33,876 nt of DNA from Octopus bimaculoides (lineage: Eukaryota): contig NC_068998.1 of the NCBI RefSeq assembly GCF_001194135.2, positions 29,166,662-29,200,537 of the forward strand. Direction: 5' to 3'. Under the pieces are notes generated by a model. That model made no database searches. It was not told the DNA's origin and was given only the letters and a program-made list of their open reading frames with translations. Within the stretch, counting starts at the first letter, position 1; the number at the start of each line of letters is the position of its first letter. Positions 21,614 to 33,164 of this stretch are shown here, one piece after another. The translations under genes were made by a program, and so were the position numbers.

Positions 21614-21834
21614 TTAAAGGCAGCAAGCTGGCAGAAACACTAGCATGCTGGATGAAATGCTTAGCAGTATGTTGTCTGTTGTTACATTCTGAGTTCAAAT
21701 TCTGCTGAGGTCGACTTTGCCTTTTATTCTTTTGGGGTCAATAAATTAAGTGCCAGTTGTGTACTAGGGTCAATCTAATCGACTGGGTCTCTCTCCAAAA
21801 ATTTTGGGCCTTGTGCTTAGAGTAGAAAAGGATA
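21614..21834 (+). mobile_element. tRNA-derived SINE, full-length, head-to-tail with the previous copy
   Basis: Colinear with 21379-21602 but independently diverged. Confidence 0.85.
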
Positions 21835-21879
21835 CTGAAGAACTCTGTTTTGTAGCATTCAGTTTTCACACACCAGCTT

Positions 21880-22175
21880 CACTTGACATTCAGGGTCCTG
21901 GAGATGTAGTTTTCTGAGATACAATATGCTTTAACATCAATGCAGCATTTCTCTATGTGCCCAGCCAAAAGCTTATTTAAAATTGATAAAGTTGGTAACA
22001 ATTGGCTGCTGGAATTCTATGTACTGCTCCACAATATTTGACAGTACAAAAATCTATTCAGTACATGAACTTCCAGCATGGAATCCTGCTTGTTATTGCC
22101 TGAATTTTTCATCCAGTGGTTATTTGAAATGTTATTGCACGACTGAGCAGAAGACTTTGCCTGGTACAGCTTTTG
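21880..22175 (-). pseudogene. RTE-clade RT fragment, old
   Basis: The minus frame reads AVPGKVFCSV..PLDEKFRQ*QAGFHAGSSCTE*IFVLSNIVEQYIEFQQPIVTNFINFK*AF, matching the EQAGFR.GRSC..QIF.L..I.EQ..E / FIDFKKAFD region. Confidence 0.75.
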
Positions 22176-22489
22176 TTAAGCTATACATAAAAATAACTAC
22201 AAATGAGAGTGTGCTGAAGTGTTGTTTATTCTCTCAATCATCAACAATGTGAGAGAGAGAGAGTACGATCAGCCATTTAAGCTTGGGTCTCATCTGCCAC
22301 CTATGAGTCCCTTTTCTGGAAGTCTCTTTTCTGCGGACCAGCTCAATAACTAACCTGCAGTGAAGGTGCTTGTCTACAGTTCATCTCTTATAGGTTCATG
22401 GGCAATGCTCTATATAGCTCCCCATCAGAATTGTTGACTGTCATTTGATCTGAGAAGGTGTTTTTACCACCCTACCTATGTGTGTAGTT

Positions 22490-22945
22490 ACTTGGCTCTT
22501 TGGCAACTGTTCATTGTCAGGGTTTGAGCTTCTGGTAGTTGAGCTACTTGAACAAGGCTGTCAATATCAAGCTGGTCTGATTTCAATCTATCTATGGAAA
22601 CCACGTCCTGTCGTCCTCCAATCAGGAACTGAAATAACTTGTCTCCTGGCTGAAACACTTCACATGGTCCCTGAAAGGGTAACTGGAGGGTTAGGGTTAG
22701 GGGTTTCCGTCAAGCATCATGACAAACAAACACAAACTTTGCCTTGTGGAGATCATTTGGTATGGATGACCTAGGTGTACCATGCAGTTATGCCCTACTC
22801 ACATGTTGTTCAAGATACCTTTTGACTTTGTGTTTAGAATGAATTCCCCCAGCACTGTACACCATTTCTGCAAAAGAAGTGTTGAAGCCTTCCTTTCGAG
22901 CAGTGTGAATTCCAGCATCACCCATGGAAGTTAGTTGATCCAGTT
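22490..22945 (-). pseudogene. Ty3/Gypsy integrase C-terminal remnant (family A)
   Basis: WIN*LPWVML/GIHTARKEGFNTSFAEMVY matches LPWVLLGIRT..KED..S.AELVYG. Further on: IPNDLHKAKFVFVCHDA*RKPL..QLPFQGPCEV..GDK..IGGRQDVVSIDRLK (GPY/F module). A possible PPT lies at 22418-22426 with an LTR remnant to its left. Confidence 0.8.
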
Positions 22946-24536
22946 GTGTCTTATTTTCGTACAAGGCCTTACAGTGAGTGAAGATACAGAAATTCAGGCA
23001 AGAATTCTTTCTAAATTTGAACAAGTGAACCAAGATCTAACCTTTCAGTCCATGGCAGAAGAATGGAAAAGGAAGGTAAACCTGAAACACGATGTAGAAA
23101 AAATTCAAGAAAAGGATTCCTCAAAAATACAGATATGCCAACCAGAGAAGTACAACCGAAAAAGAGTGCCACATCCTAATCCATGTTATGGATGTGGGGG
23201 CATGCATTTCAGAAAAGACTGTCCATTAAAAAATCAAAAATGTTACAGTTGCAAAAGAATTGGTCACAAGAGTTCACACTGCAGAACAAAATTACAAAGG
23301 ACAAACATTAAAAATCCTAGAGTGCTCTCAGCAGAAAGAAAAATTTACTCCCAAATAATAAAATTCATACACGTAAAAATAAATGGAATATATATTAAAC
23401 TTCAAATGGATACTGGAAATGATATTTCAATAATAAATATAGACACATGGAATAAAATAGGGAAACCTGTGTTGAGAAAAATCTGCTCATAGCGTGACAG
23501 GCAACAAATTACATTTCATAGGTGAAATGTGAACTAATGTCACATTTCAAGGAAAAAGTCTTCATCATTAAAAATACAACCTATCTGTTTGGTACCAATA
23601 GGTTCATAAATCTCTATTGTAAAAACATAAATGGTTGTTCCTCTAAAAATAATTCGTCTGAAGAGTTAAAGAGAAAATTAAAAAAAAAGTGTTTCCACAA
23701 GTGCTCTAGGACAAACTAGGTCTATGCACAAAGACTTTTGCAGCAATAAAGTGGATGATGAATTGGACAGATTGGAAAAAAACAGAATCATTGGAGAAGT
23801 GGATTACGCAAAATGGGCAGCTATATATAAAAAAGAAACATAACAAAATGAGGTTGTGTGCCGATTTTTTAATCAGTTTAAATGATTGTTTAAAAATGAA
23901 CTATTATCCACTAACAATCCCAGAAGATATTTTTACAAAACTAAACAAAGGAAATATTAAAGTAGATAAAAAATGCTCAAAGCTGTTAAGGGTCAACAGG
24001 CACAGAGATATATACAAATACAATAGACTACCTTCTGGACTGAAGGTAGCACCTGCAATATTTCAACAGGTGATGGACACAATATTGGTAGACTGTCAAT
24101 TCACTATTCCCTATTTTGATGATGTGTTAATCAAAAGCAAATTGAGGAATGAGCATATTGAACACGTGAAGTGTGTCTTTAAAAAAATTAAGGATTATGG
24201 TTTCACACTCAGTGAAGAGAAGTGTGATTTTTTTTTTTGCCTAAAATCCAATATCTAGGTCAAAAATCAGATAAGAATGGAAGATGTCCGGACCTGTTGA
24301 GGGTGGATACAATCAAGAATATGCCTCCTCCAACGAATATACCAATATTAGAAGCTTTCCTTGGCCTAATAAGTTATTATCAACAGTACATTCCAAATGT
24401 ACATAAATTGAGAGCACCGTTAAACAATTTATCAAAGAAAGAAGCAAAATGGAACTGGTCAGTAAAGTGTCAAAACGCATTTGAAGACATAAAGAAAATG
24501 CTAATTTCTGACTTATCACTAGCGCATTCCAATCCT

Positions 24537-24736
24537 ATTTCTTTACTGCCCACAAGGGGCTACACACAGAGGGGACAAACAAGGACAGACAAGCGGATTA
24601 AGTTGATTATATCGACCCCAGTGCGTAACTGGTACTTAATTTATCGACCCCGAAAGGATGGAAGGCAAAGTCGACCTCGGCGGAATTTGAACTCAGAACG
24701 CAGTGGTAGACGAAATACCGCTTAGTATTTCGCCCG
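24537..24736 (-). mobile_element. Young tRNA-derived SINE inserted in the Gypsy RNase H
   Basis: CpG-rich copy, 5'-truncated, interrupting AHSNP|..|DIVVASEA. Confidence 0.9.
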
Positions 24737-26546
24737 ACATTGTTGTAGCATCTGAGGCTTTGGAGTATGGAATAGGAACATTCTTGCTACACAAGATGGA
24801 AATATGAAGCCAGTAGTTCATGCTTCATGTTCGCTAGCAGTGGAAAAAATATAGTCAGATAGAGAAGGAGGTTCTATCAATTATTTTTGCCGTGAAAGAA
24901 TTTCACAAATTTTTACATGGTAGAAGTCTTTTGTTATAAACTGATTATCAACCATTACTATCAATTTTTGGATCAAAGAAGGGATTGCCTACCCATACAG
25001 CAAACCAACTACCATGCTGGGGTACAATATTGCTGAACTACAATTTTCAGATGCAGTATATTCTGATGAAGAAAGTTGGTCATGCAGACTGCTCATCAAG
25101 GCAAAGGAACCACTAGAAGAGATCATGATAGTGTTATTGCAGTCAGAAAATGAAGTAAGAACTGCTGGTGACGGTGCATGATATAAAAATGAAATCCATA
25201 CAGGATAGTTACATTACAAGAATGAAGGAAACATTGAAAAATAAGCATAATAAAAATACAAATTCAAATAATTTCTTGCTATGCTACTATGTCTTAATGT
25301 ATGCACAAAGAGTAGTAGTACTGAGTGCACTACAGAAACAAGTATTGCAACAAGTCCACTGTGGGTACCCAGGAATGTTCAGAAAGAAAGCTTTAATGAG
25401 AAGCTTTGTATATTGGCTGACTATGGACAAGGATATCAAGAAATTGGTGAAAGCATTTAGAGGTGGCTCACTGGCAACCAAAGCATCATCAGTAAAATAC
25501 CACTCGTGGCTGGAGACTGAGAGCCCATGGTCTAGGATGTATATCGACTACACTGGACCAGTGAATAGTACATACTATCTAATCATTGCAGATAGCTATA
25601 CAAAGTAGCCAGAGGTATGCAGATGTAATAAACCCACAGCAAAGACAACAATAAAGTTCCTACTAGAGTTATTTGCTTGATATGGTGTTCCAGACACGTT
25701 AGACATGATATGGTGTTCTAGAACACTATTCACAGGATATGAATTAAGAAATTTCTGCAAAATACATGCCATAAAGCACATCTTTATCCTACCTAACCAC
25801 CCAAGGTCAAGAGGGCAGGTGGAAAGATTTGTTGACACATTCAAAAGAGCTCTAAGAAAAGCTAGAAATGAGCTAATGATAAGACACTAATGAAATTTTT
25901 GAGAGTATATAGAATAACGCCAAATTCAAATATTAATTCAGGAAAGTCACCAGCAGAGTTTATCTTTACCCATAAAATAAAATCGATCTTCAATAAATTA
26001 TTGTCAGGTAAAATATATAAAAAGGAAAGACAAAAAATACGTTTGAAGGAAATACAAGAAATATTACAAAACTTTTCAAAATAGGAGATAAAATTCATTT
26101 TAAAAATTATAAAAGTGGTAAGGAAGGTTGGGAGGATGGCTGTGTAATCAATAGAGTAGGTAATATGATGTATTCAATTAAAGAACATTTGGAACACAAG
26201 AGACACCTTAACCAGTTAAAGATGAGACATACAGAAGAATGAAAGGTAATACCAATGGAAGTCTTCGATGATATGTTTGAAGTGCCAACACAGAGAGATA
26301 CTGACCCCATAGAACTATTTTCAGAAAATGAAAACAGACTGAATATCTGGAAGTAATACCTAAACAAAAAAGATATTAAATTTTCAAAAAAAAAAAAAGA
26401 GTACTTAGTACAACAAAAAGAAAAGGTGCAATATTATCTTAAAAGTCGGGAAAAATTACGATACAACAGAAGGAGAAGTGCTGGAAAAAAATAAAAATAA
26501 AAGAAATTCCTCTTTCCCACAATAGTTGAAATCTTAAAAGGGGAGA

Positions 26547-26815
26547 TGTTGTGATGAGAGTTACAACGCCCTCTTATGAGAGATAGACTGGTCTGAGTAA
26601 AGTATAAATAGTAATGATTTGAGTGAGTTCAAAAGTTCAGAGTTCGGAGTCGAGTAAAGTTTGCATAAGCTTGCAGTGAGGTCAGAAGGTATAGGCTGGT
26701 TGATTCACAAGGAATACTGATTGTTGGTTCATAAAGAGATTTGTTAGTTCGTTACATTGTTTTTACTGTTGTCTGGTTATCTTATTTATTTTATGTAACA
26801 AATTACATTACAACA
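26547..26815 (+). mobile_element. 3' LTR of Gypsy family B (269 bp)
   Basis: PPT AAAAGGGGAGA at 26536-26546. The LTR starts TGTTGTGA and ends TTACAACA (7/8 inverted match), and contains TATAAATA at ~26605. Confidence 0.8.
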
Positions 26816-26844
26816 ACATGTATTCATGTATGTGTGTACATATC

Positions 26845-26893
26845 TTAGAAAGAAAGAACGAACATGTTTTGCATGTTCGTTCTTTCTTTCTAA
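26845..26893. repeat. Perfect 22-bp inverted repeat with a 5-nt loop
   Basis: TTAGAAAGAAAGAACGAACATG-TTTTG-CATGTTCGTTCTTTCTTTCTAA. Confidence 0.95.
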
Positions 26894-27804
26894 TATATAT
26901 TACTAGCTCAATGATGAACCACTTATAGCCATTCTTTGCTAGGCTCTTCTACACCACCTTTATTTTAGTTGTGGTTCAAGCCAGAATTTTAGTGGTAAAC
27001 CAACATAAACACTTATAGTACACAAGCAGAAATACCCGGCATTGTCCGTGTCACATGGAATTGGAGAATTAGACTTTTCTTTTATATTTTCTTTAATGAA
27101 CTGGAATACCTATGATTTGAATTTCATCAAAATTGGAGATTAAGAATTTTAATGAGGATTCTTTCCCTCTTTACACATCCTAACAAAAATTGCCAGATTC
27201 CAAAATCAAAATCTTATAAAACTTATTCAAAGGTTTTTGCTTCTGAAAAATGGAGCACATAGAGCTCTAAAATGTGGGAGTTGANNNNNNNNNNGGTCTT
27301 AAAGTTAATCAGAGAAGTTTATTGGGGATCTTTTTTAACTTGTATCATATATCTATTGGTCAAATTTCTTTGAAATTGGAAATATATGAATGTTCACTGG
27401 GTTTGTAAAAGAGAACAAAGCTACAAGAAACCAAAAGTTGAATTATCACAATAAGCAATCAGCTACTCTACCCTAGTCGTTTCCACTTCCCTATGTAGGA
27501 TTCCTCACCATACAGGTGACTGGCACAGCTGTAAGATGCATTACGGATCTACAGCAGTTGGAAGGGCGTGACCCAACTCAAATAAACATTAACAACTGTG
27601 TGACATGAGGGCTAAGGGGAAATGAAAGTGTCACTTCTGGAGTTTGTCGATGATCACTATGATGACAGATAACTGAACAGAATAAATTTGCAATCTATAA
27701 ATTTCTTTGTATGACCAATCAGTTATCTGGAAAGGCCTTGAAATCAATATTACCATCTGGAGACTATCTTTGACCCAGTGATAATAAAAAGACTCAAAGG
27801 AGGT

Positions 27805-27873
27805 CTGCAATGGTGTAGTGGTTAAGAGTGTGGGCTATTAACCTCAAGATCCGAGTTCGCTTCCAGGCAATAA

Positions 27874-27914
<41 letters not shown>

Positions 27915-27965
27915 TTGAAAAATACCTTACGAATGAGAAGCCTGGTTCGAAATTTCCCCAAGACA
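27805..27965 (+). mobile_element. tRNA-headed monomer of the hammerhead-bearing family, truncated before the ribozyme core
   Basis: A box TGGTGTAGTGG (27811-27821), B box GAGTTCGCTTCC (27853-27864), (AAT)n, then AAATACCTTACGAATGAGAAGCCTGGTTCGAAATTTCCCCAAGACA, colinear with 7020-7066. Confidence 0.8.
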
Positions 27966-29174
27966 AATAACTTTACTCGAAATAACACTTTGCAACTGAA
28001 TCAGTGGAGGCCTCTCCTTTACTGGACAATTTATGCACCACATTGCAGAAATCACAATCTAAGTATATCTCATAGCAAACTCTTACACTGTTGTACCATT
28101 GAATTACAAATAATGCTCATCTGTTATGCTCGGGTGACCCTACAGCTTCCAAGAGTACAAGTGTATCCATCTTTGCTTAGATAAAATGACTAAATTGCGT
28201 GTGTTAAGTCCCTATGGAGGGTCTTTGTAACTTCTAAGAAGATGAAATTTTAGGAATATTACTTCATTTGTGTCTAATATTTGTGGTTAAAATTTCAGCA
28301 ACAACAAAAATATATGAATTTTCATGGAGGTTATGGCCTCATTTAGGCTCCCTCACTTTCAAACATATATTGTATTACATCTGTCCTTATGCATAGAACA
28401 TAATTTCCAAATTTCATAAAGATCCATTCAGTACTTTTGACAGAGTTTTAGATCAGTAAAAAAATGACTAAAATTTGGGAGTTAAGGCCCCCCCCATTAG
28501 GAGGTCTTAGAATCCTCATGAGAAGCGGAAACTTAGGGGATACTCCTTGATATGTATCAATTACATATGGTTGAAATTTCATCAACATTGGGAATTTATG
28601 AATTTTCATAAAGGTTCTGCCCCCTTTAAGCCACCTCAAATTCAAACCAAACATACTGCTTTATAACCGCCCGCATTGAATCTAAGTTCCAAATATCATA
28701 AGGATCCATTCAGGAATTTTGGCCCATGAAATTGTATGAAACATATGGCATTACCCTTCTCCCTAGGCTTGAATTTTATGTTCCAATTTTCATTAGGATC
28801 AGTGCAGTAGTTTTCAAGTCTATACGTAACACATGAACAAAGTTGTGATAGGATCCAGATGTCATTCAAAATGGCGACTAGAGGAAGTAAAATCTTTATT
28901 ATGATCATTATGATCAAAACATAGAATGAAACAATACAGGACAAACAATATACAAAAATGTTATGAGGGTTCGAATAAGACATTTAAAAAAAATTTAATT
29001 ATGATATAATTTAGCAGAAATATTTTGGCTTACTTTTGCCGTTACATGAGAACATTTTTTAAAACCAGAAATCAAACAACACAAAAATAACAAAAAAGGA
29101 AAAGAATAGAAGGTTAAAAAAATGGACCCGGCAGTCTATAATGCCCAGCAACTAGTTTTTCCTTTCATCGATGA

Positions 29175-32100
29175 TTAAGCTGGGTTACTGACACCCACCT
29201 TTCTCATCACATCCTTCCATCGTTTCTCGTATTCGCTCGGTGGCAGGGTCTTCCTCTCCAATCCCATCTTGCTCTTCAGAGGGTATCTGAAGTAAGATAG
29301 CAAACTGGGGCCAGAGACAAAAGACCCAGTCACAAAACCTTCCATTCTAGTCCTCCAAACACACTCTTTCAGTACTACAACCGTACAGTAAAAACAAGCC
29401 TTACCTTCCTTTGAGAGTCCAGTTGACGGTATCATCTTTACTATAGATCCAGCCGACAGCTGTACTCATCCCAGATGTGACAACATGTGTTCAACGTAAC
29501 TTATCAAGCTCGCAAGCTCCCAACATCGTACAAAAGTGTGCTGAACGGTTTCATCGTCCAGCCCAGATCTTGGACACGTCGGGGGCACTGACAATCCGTG
29601 CCTGGATAACTTATCGCGAACAGGTAATGCATTTCTGTAGCACTGCCAGGTCAGGGATTTTTGGAAGTTGTCCAAGTACCCCGGCCTGAAGGTTTTTTGA
29701 ACAGGTTGACAAGCTGGTTCTCATCAAACCCCAGAGCCCGTCCTAAGACGTCATCGTTTTTTGCCTCTACCAGTCTTCTATATAACACCGAGGTAGGATT
29801 CCCACTGCCAGCCTTGCCCGTCTTGTGGATCAGCCAGAGTGCCTGATGGCACTCCTTCTGCCATAAAGTCAGATTCCGTCTTTTAATGAAACCAGGTTTA
29901 AATCTCTCCAAAGAGGCCGGTTGCAGCAAAAATTCCTCCGCCAGCAGACTCCACACCTTATCACCCTCCAGGTGACACAACGCATGTCTGTTCATCATTA
30001 GCCAGGGCATTCCCAGTCCACCCTTTAACATTTCCTGGCAGCAAATGGAGCGCCTCACAAGTGGCTTTCCTCCCTTCCACAAAAAGCGGAAGACGAGTCG
30101 TTCCAACTTGTTTAGCCACGAATTGGAGCAAGGCACAATGGACAGACGGTAAGTAATTACAGATGCTATAAACACCTGCACCACCTCCACCCAGTCCTTC
30201 AAGGATAGAGGCCTTCCGGACCACTTCTGTACTATGGCCTCCACCTTGTCCACTACCTTGCTCCAATTCTTCTCCATCTGGGAGTCTGGGCCAAACCAAA
30301 CTGCAAGCAACTTAACCAGACCATCTGTTCAGTATCCAATGACACTGGACGATATCGGCTTGTTCCTCCAGGTGCTGAGGTGCAAACCGATGGACTTGTC
30401 CTTGTTAACTTTTGCTCCTGCCACTGCTTCATATCCTCAGAATGCATCTTCTACATGAGGTAGCTGTGCTTCGTTGGACGCGATGAGGGTGATGTCGTGC
30501 GCATAAGCAGAAACAGACTTACCGCATCCGATTTCATTTGGGTTGCCTCCTAACTTCTCTAACCTCCGCAGCAATGGCTAAAGAGCCAAAACTTACAGCA
30601 GTGGAGACAAGTGACACCCTTGACGAACTGAACACTTGATCGAAAATGGCTCTGTTAGGTAGCCGTTTATCTGGACTGTGGACTTGATGCCGCTGTACAT
30701 AGCAGTGATCCACCCGTGAAAGCTAAGGGCCCAGCCGCTTCAAGGACCGCCCCCAGGTACCAATGGTCTACCCTATCGAATGCTTTACTTTGGTCTAAAT
30801 CGACCAATGCACCTCCTTTGCCGGCTAATTTCCCAACCCTATCTAAGGTGTAGCGGAGAAGGTGTAGCGGAGAAGGTGTAGCGGAGAAGGTGAAGATTAT
30901 CCTGGATCGACCTGCTTGGGATTGCACGTCTGCGCCTTCCCGACAAGCTTCCCCACAACAGCCGTGAACCTTTTAGTTAATACCTTGGCCAAAATCTTTA
31001 ACTCTACATTAAGTAGAGTTATGGGCCTGTAGTTACTAATACTATCCCCCTTGCTTGGGTCTTTCTGGACCAGCGTCACAATTCCCCGGCTCACAGAACT
31101 AGGTATCCTCCCATTCTGTTGCCAGTTTGCATAGACACCTGCCAGTATGTCCCTGAACAAGTCCGGCATACAACAATAAAACTCATGGGGCAGACCATCT
31201 AGCCCCTGCGACTTTTCCCTTCCGCACACGGCCAACACCTCCTTACCTCCGCGGGCATGATCGGTCCTTCACAGCATTCAGCCTCACGTGCCGAGAGTCA
31301 CGGCCCACCGACTAGAAAGTCCTTTAAGGTCTCCCCTCGCTCAAGCGGACCACTCTCCCTGAACAACTGAGCGAAATACAGGTGAAAGACTTTCTGTATC
31401 TCCTCCTGTCTTGTTTGTCTGTTAAAGACTTTATAGAGGACTTTTTACCTCTCTGACTCTCCTCACGACGTGCCCATCCAGCAACATTAATACCTTCTCG
31501 TTTCCCTGCACGTAACTTAGCTCTGACTCTGCAACCTTCATGCTTGGCATAGAGGTGACGGTACAAGACCGTTCTCGCTGCCAACACTCTAGATGCAGAG
31601 CCAGACTCCATTGCCTCTTCTAAGTTCTTAACTAAATCGCCCTCTATTCTAGTCCTATCTAAACTTAGCTGTTTGCTAAATCTAATGGACTCCAAACGGA
31701 TGACTCTTTTGAGGGCGTGCCACCATCTATTGTTAATGATGGTGCTACATAATGTCCTCTGAACTAATACCTTAATCCGGGTACGGAAAGCTTCACAAGT
31801 CAAAATAGACTTGTTCATTTTCCAATACCCGGGTCCCTGTCTATGACATTTATGTACATGTACCTCACACGTCACAAGTTTGTGATCCATGTAAGGCACA
31901 ATACAAAACTGTGGACAGCTAACACTATTATCTCTTTCCTTAACAAATACCCTATCTAGGTACAATCTGCGTACTCCACGTCCACTGTGGAATGCTCGGC
32001 TCATCCAGCCGGTAACGGTCTACTAGATTATAGCTCTCAAGTAAACTCTTGAGGTAAGGATTCCCTTTCTTATCAGTTGAGCCCAAACTATCAACCCGTA

Positions 32101-32512
32101 CATTGAGGATAGTGTTGAAATCCCCTACCAAAACTAACATTTTAGACATCACTAGAAAGTGCTCCAGGTCCCAGTAAAAACCCAACTGCCTACACTCCAT
32201 AAGAGCATAGACAGCTACCAACCTGAAGGACTGTTTACTCTCATGAGTCACATCTAGGACGACCAGCCTACCTTCTGGGTCCAGAAAGACAGTACTTACC
32301 TGTAAGTCCAAGCTCTTCCTGATAAGGACTGTAACGCCCGCACCTCTTCCCCGGCTGGGAGAAATAAATTTCTTGTAACCACTCAGAAGAGGCAAGAACA
32401 ATTGAGGTCTTTTCATCTTGGACTCGGTTACAATAGCAACATCGTTCAGGAAACAAGCCTGTTTCCATCTCAACCCCATACCACGCACATTTAAACAGCC
32501 CAACTTATTCAT
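29175..32512 (-). pseudogene. LINE ORF2 (APE endonuclease + reverse transcriptase), disrupted
   Basis: LGCLNVRG, LVAVYA, LVGDFN, RLYLDRVFV, MDHKLV, GLDGLPHEFY, NYRPITLLNVELKILAKVL, VDLDQSKAFDRVDH, VRQGC.LSPLL, SAYAHD, CPRS...ETVQHTFVRC. Multiple frameshifts. Confidence 0.92.
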
Positions 32513-33164
32513 CGAAGAAGGAAAACAAATTTACTCACGGTTGTGAGAGGGGGCATGGCAGTTTTTGTCTGCCTGCTTCCCCAACACTCTCCGTAGATGC
32601 TGGGTTTTTCACCAGTGTTGCTACCGGGCTCTGGATTGGTGTGGCTACCGGGCTGATAACCTGTTTGCCAGCTAATACATCTTGAGTGATGTCTTTAATT
32701 GAATTGTCTTTAACATGATCTTGGAGAAGTTTCTCTTTCCACACCTACTCTCCAACTTTTGTGTATCGAATCTCAGACTCTTTGTCTGTCACTTTGTAAA
32801 ATTTGATTTGTGGGTGTGCTTTAATCAAGCATAACACCCTCTCATCTTTCACACTGAATGCAACAATCCTGTCTGTTTTTTTTCAAACCTTTTGGCAGGG
32901 GGGGGGGGGCAATAAAACGCTGCCCAATTAACGTAGTGCCAGCAGGGTGGGATTGGGGAATTTTTTGTTGTTGTTTGACCGTGCTTGTAATTTTTCTTTT
33001 GTTTGGGGAAGGGAGTCCAGGGTGCTTGCTCTTTTTCGTTTGTAGGTAACTGCTGTATATTCCATATCATTTTCTCTTGTTTTTTCTCTTCTTCCTTTTG
33101 TTTTTCATTCTGTTTATCATTTTGTTTCTTTCCATCCCTTTGTTTTTCGATTTGCTTTTTTTCA

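Larger units (their letters stand above)
22946..26815 (+). mobile_element. Ty3/Gypsy LTR retrotransposon (family B), 5'-truncated and decayed
   Basis: Gag knuckles CYGCGGMHFRKDC and CYSCKRIGHKSSHC; protease QMDTGNDISII; RT YNRLPSGLKVAPAIFQQ..PYFDDVLI; RNase H FLGLISYY..IVVASEA..YGIG; integrase HCGYPG, PWSRMYIDYTGP, HPRSRGQVERFVDTFKRAL; then PPT and LTR. The order PR-RT-RH-IN indicates Gypsy. Confidence 0.93.

Noticed and set aside
21201-21834. Repeat-spacer appearance suggesting a CRISPR array
   Set aside because: The units are ~220-bp SINE copies in a eukaryotic context, with no short identical repeats, unique spacers or cas genes.
27805-27880. Functional tRNA gene
   Set aside because: A and B boxes are present but the acceptor and anticodon stems are poor, and it is fused to (AAT)n and a repeat linker, so it is a SINE head.
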